A stretch of DNA of 64,000 bases from Octopus vulgaris (GCA_951406725.2 OX597823.1:114018001-114082000), one strand, 5' to 3'; shown: positions 1-12,780, counted from the stretch's first letter. Numbers and translations are program-made. The notes: generated from the sequence alone by a model not told the origin.

Positions 1-628
1 ATGGTCAGTTTGCAAGAGATGAGAATGCCTAGACAGATGCAGAGGACCAGTGGCTATGGGTTAGGAGGAGTGACCGGAAGATTGAGACAGAAGCACTTAT
101 ATGCGCAGCTCAGGAACAAGCGTTAAGGACCAATTATATGAAGTGCAGAATAAACAACACTAGCGATAGTGAGAAATGTAGAATGTGTGGTGAGAGGGGT
201 GAAATGTTGTGGCACATCGTTAGCGAATGCCCGAAATTGGCACAACACCAATACAAAAGACACCATGACTATATGATAAGAATGGCTCATTGAGAACTCT
301 CTAGAAATCACTGACTACAAAGAGCAAAGACGTGGTACCAGCAAACTCCTGAAGGAGTCATCGGAAATGAGAACTGCAAAATCCTGTGGGATGCCAATGA
401 TCCAGTGCGATCACCAGACCAGACATCGGAAACCGGACATTGTTGTGGTGAATAAAAAATGAAAGAACATGTATGATAATCGACATAGCATGGCCTGGTG
501 AAAAAACATAAACAATTATAACGATTTGAAGTGGGAAATACGAAGGTTGCGGATAACGAAGAGAGTAGACGTGATACCAATAGTAATTGGTGCACTTGGA
601 AGTATCAGCACTCAAATACCAAAATGAC
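1..628 (+). mobile_element. Decayed R4/Dong-clade non-LTR retrotransposon, C-terminal zinc knuckle + restriction-like endonuclease (runs off window start)
   Basis: Manual translation with stops/frameshifts: WLWVRRSDRKIETEALICAAQEQALRTNY...CRMCGERGEMLWHIVSECPKLAQHQYKRHHD...KILWD...HRKPDIVVVNKK..CMIIDIAWP...YNDLKWEI...VIPIVIGALG; CCHC knuckle, RHD-like motif and PD..D RLE motif. Confidence 0.9.
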
Positions 629-819
629 TAAAAAAAAAAGATGCCTTCCCCTCCTACACAGAAACTTTCCTCTTTGGTTTTTGTCTTAGAAGTGGTAGGA
701 GTTATGCTGGTGAAGATTGTGACGACGGCAGCAATGTTTTAGTTAACAACCGTAGAGGCGTAAGTAAACATGATTGGGGTTCTTCATTATCACATACTGC
801 CTCGCTTGCTTTGTTATTT

Positions 820-1080
820 CTCGTTCTGTTGCTGCTGCTGCTACTGCTGCTGCTGCTGCTGCTGTTGTTGTTGTTGTTGTTCTATAACTTCTACTTCTTT
901 TGCATTCTCCTTCCTTTTCTTCTTTTTCTTCTTTATTTAAATTATTTTTGTTTTTTTTTCTTATAATTGTTCTCCTTTTTCTTTGTCTTCTTTGTCTTTT
1001 TTCTTCCTCTTCTCCGTCTCCCTTTTCCCTCTTCCTCTTGATCTTCACCGTGTTCTTCTTGTAGCAGTAGTAGTTCACTG
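820..1080. repeat. Compound (GCT)n/(GTT)n and CTT-rich low-complexity tract
   Basis: Visible trinucleotide runs. Confidence 0.85.
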
Positions 1081-1774
1081 CTAACTACCGCGGCAGTGTT
1101 TGTTCTGGTGAGAGCGATGCTTTCATTGTCGTAACACACAGACTCCTTGCTGTTTTATCGCTTCCGTTGATATTGTTGAAGTTGTTGATGTTTTTTACTT
1201 GTTACTAAATTACTGCTATGGGAGCACCAGTGTTGTATCAGTGATGGGTGACTTAGTAAGTTTTTGTTGTTCAGTTCGTTTGGAATGCTGCTTTTACTCT
1301 TGCTACTGCTGTTGTTCCCATTTGTGCAGTAGGTATTTTTTTCTTAGGCATTGTACTAAAAAGGAGGAGGGGTTCTTCGTACATTCATCGGCTCAATGGG
1401 GCAAGAAACAAAAGAGTTAACCATCCCAATGGGCTCTTGGTTAGCTTCCAGAAGTAAATAACAGACATTAACGATGAAAACCTGTCTAGACATATGAATA
1501 AACAAAACGTTACGGTGGGTAATCGGGTACATGTTGCGCGTAAAACGAAGACCTACAACAACGATAACAACAACAACTAGAATAACTTTATTATTTACAA
1601 CAGAGCTTTCGAATAAGAGACTCGCTACGATGATAGTCTCCGTAACGTGGAGGGTTTTTGCGCCATATCCACGGAGAAATACGGGAAATAAACTATATAC
1701 ACGTTATACATAAATATATGTGTGTGTGTATGTACGCGTGTACGCATATGTATATATATATATATATATATATG

Positions 1775-2166
1775 ACGTAAGGGGGATCAGCCATCTGAAT
1801 GTGGCTAGGGACAGGGCGGGGTGGTGGGGGTGTTACTGATGCATTTAGCCCCAGGCGATCATCGACGTCACCAGAAGGAACGACACTATCACGGTGTCCT
1901 TGCTAGCCTGTAAAGGGAGATCAGCCTCCCCGAAGATACGGATACTACATACGGACCGGTTGGGAGGCTGATCTCCCTTTACAGGCTAGCAAGGACACCG
2001 TGATGGTGTCGGTCATTCTGGTGACGTCGATGATCGCCTGGGGCTAAATGCATCAGTAACACCCCCACCACCCCGCCCTGTCTCTAGCCACATTCAGATG
2101 GCTGATCCCCCTTACGTTATAGAGCAGTTACTGTTTATATCTCGCTCAGAGATTTATTATTGTTTA
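1775..2166 (+). mobile_element. Foldback element family H1: 156-bp inverted repeat + one-sided tail, in (TA)n
   Basis: Arms 1775-1930 and 1962-2117 are near-perfect reverse complements around a 31-nt loop; tail gcagttactgtttatatctcgctcagagatttattat shared with the 30751 element; (TA)n on both sides. Confidence 0.85.
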
Positions 2167-2280
2167 TATATATATGAATATATGTATATACATATAAATA
2201 TATATACGTACGTATGCATACATATATACATACGAATATATATATATATATATGTATTTACATATATATATATATATATA

Positions 2281-2492
2281 TTCAATATGTGACCGCGTTT
2301 GTATCGTTGCCGTCTTTTTTTCCAACCTCTTCTCTTCCTTGGATCTTTCCTTTTTCTAAGTTTCTGACGAAGAGCTCCGCTCGAAACGTTAAATCCTACT
2401 TCCTTCTTTCTTTTCCTGAGCGTCAAATAACACTATACTTGTTCCATGTCCTCGCGTTGTTGTGTTTTCTCTTTGTGTTTTCATGTTTGGAT

Positions 2493-2498
<6 letters not shown>
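2281..2498 (+). mobile_element. Short (TA)n-embedded repeat carrying a hammerhead motif (second copy at 55563-55750, minus)
   Basis: About 190 bp nearly identical to the reverse complement of 55563-55750; flanked by (TA)n. Confidence 0.8.
2360..2394 (+). ncRNA. Minimal type-I hammerhead ribozyme motif (PLE type)
   Basis: gttt-CTGACGA-a-gagc-tcc-gctc-GAAA-cgtt-aaat: intact core, 4-bp stem II, palindromic ACGT/AACGTT stem III, short stem I. Confidence 0.7.
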
Positions 2499-2546
<48 letters not shown>

Positions 2547-2729
2547 TATACATACATATATATATATACATACGTACATACATACATACATACATGCATG
2601 CGTGGATGAGGGATTCATCATTTATGATGAATCTTTGAAACGGACGGAATCAGGAAATAGCTTTTGTTAACATTCCTTTTTTTAATCCATGCACATAGAC
2701 ACTATTCATACACAAACACTCACGCACAT

Positions 2730-2765
<36 letters not shown>

Positions 2766-2918
2766 TCACTCACACACACACTTGAATCATACAGTGATCC
2801 TGATATAAGACAGCTTCCATCTCAGTACATTTGGGGCAATTCCAGAGATCCAGGGCTAACCTGGCTACAAAGGGAAAATTTTCTCTCCAAAGAATTGCTT
2901 TCTCATGTATAGGTACCT

Positions 2919-3149
2919 ATTTCTTTACTACCCACAAGGGGCTAAACATAGAGGGGACAAACAAGGACAGACAAACGGATTAAATCAATTATATTGACCC
3001 CAGTGCGTAACTGGTACTTATTTAATCGACCCCGAAAGGATGAAAGGCAAAGTCGACCTCGGCGGAATTTGAACTCAGAACGTAACGGCGGACGAAATAC
3101 CACAAAGCATTTCGCCCGGCGTGCTAACGTATCTACCAACTCGCCGCCT
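2919..3149 (-). mobile_element. tRNA-derived SINE family A, full length
   Basis: Reverse complement of ggcggcgag(c)tggcaga..gttagcacgccgggcgaaat..gagttcaaattcc..gcctttcatcctttcggggtcgat; TSD tgtatag(g/c)tacct at 2906-2918 and 3150-3162. Confidence 0.92.
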
Positions 3150-3393
3150 TGTATAGCTACCTGCTGAATATAGTTCTACCCACCCTGACACTATCTACCA
3201 CAACCATCCAGGCATATTATATTGACTATAGCATTTCTGCAGCTCTTTCCCACATTTTCCAAGCGGAACTTAAAAGGCATGCTTCCAAAAGATCTGTGTT
3301 TATGCAAAGACCATGCGACAGATTGCCACACATTTTCAGTCAACTGTCGTCTCAGATCTGATTTTACGCAAAATATGAAAACATGAAATATGA

Positions 3394-3585
3394 AAGGCAT
3401 TTATCGCGACGATGAATACCTTGCGGCGTTTGTTCCGATTCTTTGTATTCTGAGTTCAAATCACTCGAAAACCAACTTTGCCTTTCATGACATCGGAATA
3501 GATAATATATAGTTCCAGCCAAGTGTTGGTGTCGATATGATCCACAAATCCCTTCCTTTGGCCCGATACGTATATTAGAAACCTT
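3394..3585 (+). mobile_element. Degenerate SINE family A
   Basis: ttctgagttcaaat...actttgcctttcat...gtcgat motifs. Confidence 0.6.
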
Positions 3586-3621
3586 TTTGAAATGCAAGCG
3601 TCGTCGTTACGTTCTTCTAGC

Positions 3622-3680
3622 TTACTACTAATACTACTACTGTTACTACAACTACCGTTACTACTACTACTACTACTTCG

Positions 3681-3716
<36 letters not shown>

Positions 3717-3775
3717 GTTACTACTACTACTACTGTTACTACTACTACTACTGTTACTACTACTACTACTACTGT

Positions 3776-3806
<31 letters not shown>

Positions 3807-3808
3807 GT

Positions 3809-3890
<82 letters not shown>

Positions 3891-3892
3891 GT

Positions 3893-3953
<61 letters not shown>

Positions 3954-3990
3954 GCTGCTGCCGCCAATACTTCTACAACTACTACTGTCA
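3622..3990. repeat. Long (CTA)n microsatellite with CTGTTA interruptions
   Basis: Direct observation; source of the poly-L/S/V ORFs. Confidence 0.97.
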
Positions 3991-5056
3991 CTGTGCTTGT
4001 CAGCATGATGCACAACAACAATAGCAAATACAACATCCACAACATCATGGTCATCATCATCATCTTTGTCAGCAACAGCAGGAATCCTGCCATAACCATT
4101 ATTACAATGGCTACCACCATAGAACACCACCATTATCTACCCGAGCCCTTCTGCCACCACCATCTCTTCAACCTCAACACCACACTCACTCACTCGCTCC
4201 ACCACCAGCGGCAGTAGTTTCACTGCCGTGTGCGTCACCCACCAACAATATCTTTGTAGTTCTGAAGACAATATTTTATTCCTACCCACCAATGCTCACA
4301 GCGGGGTATGCACCCGAAACCTGAGTACATAGCTTTCATATTTTAATAATTTTTGTTCTTTCTTTGTCATTGTCATTCTATTTCCCACACACGCTTATAC
4401 ACAAACAAACACACACGTACACTTCAGGGCCTCTTATTTGCCACTATATTTATACATATGCTATGTATGTTTTTTTGAGCGATTGCATATATATTTTTTG
4501 TGTACATATATATATTTGTGCGCATGTGTGTGTGGGTATATTCATACGGAGTGGGGGCTGCTTGTTTCTTTGTACCGTTATTTTTTTTTTTACTGATATG
4601 TATATTTTTAAAATTCCTTTTTATTCTTCTTCTTGTTGCTTTCTTTACATGAATTCCTCTGCTAACGAGATGGCAATAACATCTTGGAGAACTTGTTAAG
4701 TAGGTAAGTTTGACAGTCGTGATAAATGCCTTACAGCGTCGACCAACAATGAACAGCAGAGACGATACCGGAATACACCACGTGATACCGCTATACACCG
4801 AAAAGACGTCGAATATCGCTGATGGAGCTGAGATGCATAGGTTTATTAATTAGTGAAGTCAGTATGAGGCGAGTTTAATTAGTCAATAATTCGTCAATGT
4901 ATATTTCACAATGATTTATATAGGAATGAACCAGCAGTTTACAAAGAGCTGAGCTATTTGTTTTTTTAGTTTATACTTTCCAGAAGAAAATGACGATGTT
5001 CGTAACTTTTCTAAAGCGCTGACGAACTGCTGTGGTTATTGAGGTTGATGTCCAGC

Positions 5057-5447
5057 AAGTGGAGGCGCAATGGCCCAGTGGTTAGGGCAGCGGACTCGCG
5101 GTCGTAGGATCGCGGTTTCGATTCCCAGACCGGGCGTTGTGAGTGTTTATTGAGCGAAAACACCTAAAGCTCCACGAGGCTCTGGCAGGGGATGGTGGTG
5201 ATCCCTGCTGTACTCTTTCACCACAACTTTCTCTCACTCTTACTTCCTGTTTCTGTTGTACCTGTATTTCAAAGGGCCGGCTTTGTCACTCTCTGTGTCA
5301 CGCTGAATATCCCCGAGAACTACGTTAAGGGTACACGTGTCTGTGGAGTGCTCAGCCACTTACATGTTAATTTCACGAGCAGGCTGTTCCGTTGATTCGG
5401 ATCAACCGGAACCCTCGTTGTCGTAACCGACGGAGTGCTTCCATCCA
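5057..5447 (+). mobile_element. tRNA-derived SINE family B, tail type 1
   Basis: Head ggaggcgcaatggcccagtggttagggcagcggactcgcggtcg..gtttcgattcc (A/B boxes); TSD tgatgtccagc at 5046-5056 and 5448-5458; matches 26625 and 32532 copies. Confidence 0.93.
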
Positions 5448-6071
5448 TGATGTCCAGCCTCAACATCTACAGGTCAATCACTGCATAGCAGAAATAGAAG
5501 AAAAAAAGCCTTTGATAACGAAAGTACTGAAGAGCGTCTGAATATCTACATCAGAAAGTACTCCGTAACGTATATCTTTGCTTAATAGTCGGTGACGTTA
5601 AAACTTGGCGATAACATCAGGCCTGGACCATTTAAGCACCACGAGAACAAATCGACTCTTTACCAAGTAATTCATATGAGCAAACTACTGTTCGTGATTT
5701 ATTATACAACAACAATTTCACAGTGTGGGGCCAGTTGCATTATTTCCTCTACTCCCCCCGTTGTTTATCTGCGTGGTTCCTGGTGATAGCCAAAGAGTTT
5801 TAAGTAGTAGGAAAACAGTTGGAATTCGTTTTCACCTATCTTATTGATAACTGAAGATGGTATTTCGGCGTTTTTGTGAAGTGAAAGAAAGAAAAGTGGA
5901 ATAGTACGGTGATTGTATATCTGAAGATAACAAGGTGTAACACAATCTTACATCGGAGGATGGCTTGTGTCTTACGTAGAGTGAGCTAATGTATACTAAA
6001 GCTTTGATATCATTGTGTGTGTGTATATATATATACATTTATATATATATATGTGTGTGTGTGTGTATAAA

Positions 6072-6178
<107 letters not shown>

Positions 6179-6454
6179 TATACATTATGAATACATATAA
6201 ATATATGTGCGTATGTATATATTTATGTGAATGTGTAAAGACAAACAGAAATGAATTTAAGTACATCAAGTAGGTGTAATTCATCCCACGGCGTTACTTT
6301 ACATATCTCAGATTGCTAAAGAAGAAAGATATCCTGAGCAAAGGTCGAAGCTAATGGTAACACTGACGAGAGAGCTTTCTGGAATGCTAGAATCTTACCC
6401 AGCTATATTCTTACTTTGTTTTGATATTAACATCGTATTCGACACCTTTCTCTT

Positions 6455-6540
6455 TCTACTACTACTACTACTACTGCTACTACTGCTACCGATGCTGCTG
6501 CTGTTGTTGTTGTTGTTGTTGCTGCTGTTGTTGTTGTTAA
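6455..6540. repeat. (CTA)n/(CTG)n/(TTG)n microsatellite
   Basis: Direct observation. Confidence 0.9.
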
Positions 6541-7020
6541 GCAACAAGACGGGTAAGGGTGATTAGGTGATAGTCTAGGACTTAGGGTTGGGATACTCCA
6601 GACCTTGGAAAAAAAAAGAAAACTTCGGTTCTCTTCGCTGACGTCCGACACCACTGGGAGGTGACCCTCGAAGTCACTGGAAATGGAGATCTCCAGATCC
6701 AAATTCTTGAACGGCTGCTGCTGCTGCTTGCTGCCACTACCTATCCACTTTCTCAGCGTTACCTCCACAACAATTACAAAACCATTTCCATCATAAATAC
6801 ATCATAATTAACGTGATCCTTATAACTCTCAGCATTAATCCCACCACTTCTATCCTCGACACCGCCTGCTCCATCACCATCATCAACAACAACATTACTA
6901 CAACCGCCAATGCAACTACTTTTATCACCATAGTCATAATCACCACTATATATTTATTCAAATAACGAGGATATGTTTCAGCAATCTGGTTCTTCCATCT
7001 TTATTATGGTCACCATTTTC

Positions 7021-7246
7021 TGAATGCGGCGAGCTGGCAGAATCGTAAGCACGCGGGTGAAATGCGTAGCCGTATTTCGTCTGCCGTTACGTTCTGAGTT
7101 CAAATTCCGCCGATGTCGACTTTGCCTTTCGGGGTCGATAAATTAAGTACCAGTTACGCACTGGGGTCATTGTAATCGACTTAATTCCTTTGTCTGTCCT
7201 TGTTTGTCTCCTCTATGTTTAGCCACTTGTGGGTAATAAAGAAACA
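7021..7246 (+). mobile_element. SINE family A
   Basis: Family A head and body; TSD tatggtca(c/t)cattttc at 7005-7020 and 7247-7262. Confidence 0.92.
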
Positions 7247-8057
7247 TATGGTCATCATTTTCATTTTCATCATCATCGTTATCGTCGTCACCATTATCAT
7301 CATCTTCCTCACCATCATCGCTGTCGTCGTCGCTCCTGTCGTTGCCGTCGTCATGATAATCATCATCATCAATGCACTGAATAATCAGATGCGATAAAGC
7401 ACCGTACTAAATAAGTTGCACTTCTAATTCCGTGTCGCATATGTTTAGATAAGACTAAAATACTTCTTCCCATTCCTTATCCACAAACATTGATGAAATA
7501 AGCCCTAGGTACGTTGTAGTTCTTCTATAATTATTTTCCCACCCTTTCCTTAACAAACAAGTCAACCCATTAATAATGTTAACAATCATCTATAATCCCC
7601 CGCGAATATTCTCTTGTGTTGATAGTGGTGGTGGTAATTGTGCTTAAAACTAGTTGAGTATGGAAGTAACGAACATTTAATCAACGTTAGATGCAACCGC
7701 GCTTTCATATAAGATGTTCGGTTACCGTCTATTTCCAAACTTTCCGATAACATGAGTACTCAGAGACCGAGAACATGAGTACCAGATATGCAAATAGTTA
7801 TTTCTGCTTCATTGACTATTTCATGATCTTCAATGTCAGAAAGCTGGTTCCACAGCAAAAGATTTATAGAAGACCCCTATCAAATAATTCCACGGTGTCG
7901 CTGCTTACAAGAAACGCAAGGAAAAACACAATACAATCAGCTAAGAACGTTCAAAAGCGTAAATATATTTTACAGACGAATAACAGAAATCACAAGCGTC
8001 TTTTTCACAACCGTCACCGTAAACATACCATTAGTAGACATTAAAATGACATACAGA

Positions 8058-8272
8058 CATATTTAGAACACACACACGTTGTGCATTTGGTAAAAGCATA
8101 TTTAGAGCACTCACGACTCAAAATTTGGCCAGCAGAAAATACAATTCAATGGTTTTCAAATATATTTTGAGCGCCCACAAGCTCTAAATTTGGCCAACGG
8201 AAATAACAGCAATGGTGTGCAAGAATATTTAGAGCTCTCACCGGATTTAAATTTGGCCAACAAAATAGCAAC
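8058..8272. repeat. Degenerate ~65-bp tandem repeat (3-4 units)
   Basis: Recurring atatttagagc.ctcac....aaatttggcca.c..aaata. Confidence 0.7.
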
Positions 8273-8594
8273 ACAAACTAACAAATCACAGTAAGTACAA
8301 AAGCATAAACCAGTGAACTATACCTCTCCAAAGACCATTGCCACACACTACCTATACTATAAAGCAAAACTACTAACTATTTAGATCACTTAAACATAGA
8401 GCATAAAAAGTGTTGAGTGTGTTATCGCAATAAACTTCAATCAACAAAGCACCTACTCAAATTACTAAAACAAAAATGTAACAAAATCAATATTTCCCAT
8501 CCCATCAGTTGCGGAAAACATTATAACATAAATAATAAGCACAAATATACGATCACCGAAAATCTTTCTTTGCCCATCGCACGTATATATTGAT

Positions 8595-8800
8595 TTGAAA
8601 TTTTGGCATAAGGACAGCAATTTGGGGAAGCGTAAGTTGATTAAATCGACCACAGTATTCCACTGGTACTTATTTTATCGGCCCCGAAAGGATAAAAGCG
8701 AAGTTGATCGTCAGAATTTGAACTCAGGACGTAAAGACAGAGGACATGCCACTAAGCATTTTGCGCAGCATGTTAACGATTCTACCAGCTCGCCGCCTTA
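8595..8800 (-). mobile_element. SINE family A, older subfamily (tail ...aaattgctg.ccttgtgccaaaattt)
   Basis: Family A head/body on minus strand with alternative 3' tail. Confidence 0.85.
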
Positions 8801-8863
8801 AACGTCATGTATATATTAATACTCAAGATTTTAACGTACATATTGATTTAACGTAATATATAT

Positions 8864-9083
8864 TGCTTTCAAATTTTTTTGCACCAGAGTAACAACTTTG
8901 GGGAAGAGGCTAAGTCGATTACATCGACCCTAGTGCTCAACTGGTAGTATTTATTTTATCGATCCCGGAAGCCTGAAAGGCAAACACAAACTCGGCGGAA
9001 TTTCAACTCAGACCGTATAGTCGGACGGAATACCGCAAAGCATTTGGCCTTGCGTGCTAACGATTCTGCCGGCTCACCGCCTA
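8864..9083 (-). mobile_element. SINE family A, older subfamily
   Basis: Same motifs as 8595-8800, tandemly adjacent. Confidence 0.85.
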
Positions 9084-9814
9084 ATGTATGTATATAATTA
9101 TAACTCAACAACACAATGTATATATTAATTTGCCAGTATTACCATCTTTTCTTATTTCATTTTACATTTTTGTAATTATTTTCTTTTCCTCAGCTTTTTT
9201 CATTTATTTTTTTCTTTCTTTTCTATTTTTGCTTTTTGACTTCCTACAAGTATAAATGCAATTACAATCACACAGTACCACTGAAAATTCCCTTAACACC
9301 AGAAATACTCAGTAACTTGCAAGTCACAATGAAATCATAAAGAACTGTTAAGATATTCCTGCACGTAAGCATAATGGCCTAGATTATAAAACAATGATCA
9401 CGCCGCCCCAATGGGATCACATCACAGTGCAAAACTAATTCCCTCACTACTCCCAGCCGACGTCGGTCGTCCGTGCGTGTTGCTGAGACTGCGGCTCCTG
9501 CTGCTATTGTTCTTCTTGGAGTTTTTTGCAACTTTTTTCCGTATTTCAATTTTTTAAAACTTTCATCTTCGTTCTCTTCCTCTCTGCCATTCTACCTACG
9601 AGTCCTCTAGATATGTGTTCAGGGTGGGTGAATATGCGTAGGTGTATATCTGTATGTTCTTTTGTCTTTATGTGAGCACGTATGAACACGAACATATATG
9701 CATGTGTGTGCACGCACGCCTGTATGTGTATATATGTGTGTGTGTATGCTTGTGTATATATATTTATGCAAGTATGAATGAGTACGCACACTTATATATG
9801 TATACACATATATA

Positions 9815-10230
9815 CTTCTCTACTGCCCACAAGGGCCTAAACATAGAGGGGACAAACAAGGACAGACAAAGGGATTAACTCGATTACATCGACCCCAGTG
9901 CGAAACTGGTACTTTATTTATCGACCCCGAAAAGATGAAAGGCAAAGTCAACCTCGGCGGAATTTGAACTCAGAACGTAACGACAGACGAAATACCTATT
10001 TCTTTACTACCCACAAGGGGCTACACACAGAGGGGACAAACCAGGACAGGCAAACGGATTAAGTCGATTATATCGACCCAGTGCGTAACTGGTACTTATT
10101 TAATCGATCCTGAAAGGATGAAAACCAAAGTCGACATCGGCGGAATTTGAACTCAGAACGTCACGACAGACGAAATACCGCTAAGCATTCCTCCCGGCGC
10201 GCTAACCTTTCTGCCAGCTCGCCGCCTTCA
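9815..10230 (-). mobile_element. SINE family A with tandemly duplicated body
   Basis: One head plus two ~180-bp bodies; TSD atgtatacacatatata at 9798-9814 and 10231-10247. Confidence 0.92.
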
Positions 10231-11059
10231 ATGTATACACATATATATGTGCGTGTGTTTACCATGTACATTGCCGTATCTACTTACCCATCTACATGTA
10301 TACTAGTGAACAGCAAGAAGCACTTATTTTCCCTTCAGCTCTTAGTTTTGATTCGGTTTAACACAATTGTCAATACAACACATTCGATATATTGATTAGT
10401 TTGATTTTTGATAACGTACTCAAACGATATTTGACGAAGAGTGTTATTGTCATATTGACTAAAACCATCACCGCCTCCAGCGCCACCTAGGCTACAACTA
10501 CCAACATTTTTACCTTTACTTATTTCGGTCAGTTCGGAGGTATGAATGATAAAGATAATTTGGTTCCCCATAGGATATAGGAAATGAAGTTAATTACGAT
10601 AACCATTTGGGTATTGATGATAAGGAGAATACATATGCTAATTCTAATAATTGTTTCAAATATGTCTGTTGTACCCCTTTTAGTATCTTTACCTCTCTAG
10701 TGAGTTGCATTTGTTAGTGTTTTTTCTTGCTTTATAAATTATTTGTATCGGATAAATATGTTGCCGTCGTCGTCGTTGTTGTTGTTATTGTTGTATCTTG
10801 GGGATAAAGGAATTTTCCCAACAGAGTAGATAGCCCTTATCGAAATATCGTATAGTATATTAAAACGCTTGCTTTTCGGCAAAGTTTTGTTTCCCTATTT
10901 AAAAGAACTCACCATATGCTTGAAATATTCTTTTCGGGTATTGTATCAATGAATATTTCACTGGGGTTGATATGCTGAGCCCAAACAATTACGCATTATG
11001 ATTTGGCTCCAATATCATATAATGGTATGGTTAGGGTCATGTCTATTCCCAAAATATTG

Positions 11060-11520
11060 GGATCTTTTCGGTTTGAACGGCAGTATTTTCTAGCGGTGTC
11101 ATATGAAATTGTCACCCATAGTTATGACCCTAGTATCGATCTATTGCATTTCAATCTATTTTAGGGTTAGGGCTAGTTAGGGTTAGTTAGTGTTAGGGTT
11201 AGGGTTAGGCTTAGAGTTAGGGGTGGGGGAAGGGTATCTTTTATTCTTCACAAATGGAAATAAACCCAATCTATTTCTTAAACGAGGGACATATTTATAC
11301 GGCACAGAATTTTTTTTTTACCTCAGTACACGTCATTGATTGGCTGAAATTGCAGAAATTGAAGAAAAAAACAACAAATATCTTACAAACTATAGAATTT
11401 TCTCAATAATGCCAAGAGAAAAAGATGTTTTATAAACACATTCTACAAGTATACGAAGTTTAAATTTTGTTAGTCTCCTAGAAATTATGTTAAAAACTGC
11501 CGTTCAAACCGAAAAGATCC
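11060..11520. mobile_element. MITE with ~29-bp TIRs and internal TTAGGG-like repeats
   Basis: ggatcttttcggtttgaacggcagt(a)tttt ... aaaaactgccgttcaaaccgaaaagatcc; flanks aaatattg / aaatattt (8-bp TSD, 1 mismatch); degenerate (TTAGGG)n at ~11161-11222. Confidence 0.9.
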
Positions 11521-11880
11521 AAATATTTATAGTGTAAATCTACAGAGAAATGTCACAACAGGCTTAGTTTCATCTTTAATACTAGTACTTAAAGAATTCA
11601 CTTCTTTCCCTATGTTGTAGTTTAGTTATAAATTTATCCAGAACAAGTAGAACCCAGCATCAAGAACCTTTCCAATAGTGATCAACTTTCCATATCTAAG
11701 CATTCAATCTTCATTTTCTTTTTGTGCGGTGTTAAACATGGATTCGTATTGAAACGTTTCCCTTGTATATTAGACTTTTCTCTGGGAAGACGGGAAGTGA
11801 TAGATGGCACCTCCACCAACATGTTTCTTCCCCTGGGAAAAGAAGCATTAAGTGCGTGTGTGCATGCGCGTGCACACAGC

Positions 11881-12033
11881 CACCCCACCTCACCCCCACC
11901 TCACCCCCACCTCACCCCCACCTCACCCCCACCTCACCCCCACCTCACCCCCACCTCACCCCCACCTCACCCCACCCCACCTCACCCCACCTCACCCCCC
12001 ACCTCACCCCACCTCACCCCCACCTCACCCCCA
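11881..12033. repeat. 11-bp minisatellite (CACCCCCACCT)n, about 13 units
   Basis: Direct observation. Confidence 0.95.
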
Positions 12034-12693
12034 CATTCACGGAAACGAATAGCTTTATGCATTTATTTATATATGTCCGTATAAAATTATGCATATTTGT
12101 GTGTGTGCGCATAATGTATGTACGTATATATGTAGGCATGCATATATGTAATTATGTATGTATGTATGTATATATGTATGTGTATACAGTTATAAAATCG
12201 AGATGTATGGGATATGAAAACAATTATCTCCATATGGCTACAGCCGTTTGGTAATCTTTTATATGTAGTATTATTAATCTAAGTATTCCATAGTATTTAG
12301 GTTCATTTTTCATAAATAGGCATATACGAGTATTATATAATACGATTATATATTCACATATGTATGCATGTTAGAGAGAAGCTAGTTTATGTGTTCATAT
12401 AAACCATAACATCATAAATACATGTGGAATTTCACTCACTGTATTCAGTTGACAGTCCTGCAGATCTTATATTATATATTCCCCGTAGAAATTTTACTGC
12501 TCGTATGTCCTATATTTTTGGTTTCATGGACAATGTAAACTCCACCGTAATTTAATTATTGTATAAAATGATGGCCGATTGCTGTCGGGAGAGCACGCGG
12601 AGAACGCGACATCATTCTCTGAATCCCATTTCTTACTTTATTTGCGCATTTGTGTATGTATGTATGGGTGTATGTGTATATATATATATATGT

Positions 12694-12780
<87 letters not shown>

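Noticed and set aside
3456-4133. Long poly-Ser/Leu/Val ORFs
   Set aside because: Translations of the (CTA)n microsatellite
6362-6390. CTGACGA hammerhead core (similar words at 16890, 31614, 33657, 45136)
   Set aside because: No correctly placed GAAA plus stem I/III pairing
6620-6700. HDV-like ribozyme on minus strand (cacctcccagtgg...gcgaa)
   Set aside because: Could not find a P1 partner or complete the double pseudoknot
11161-11222. True telomere or fusion site
   Set aside because: Short, degenerate and enclosed by MITE TIRs
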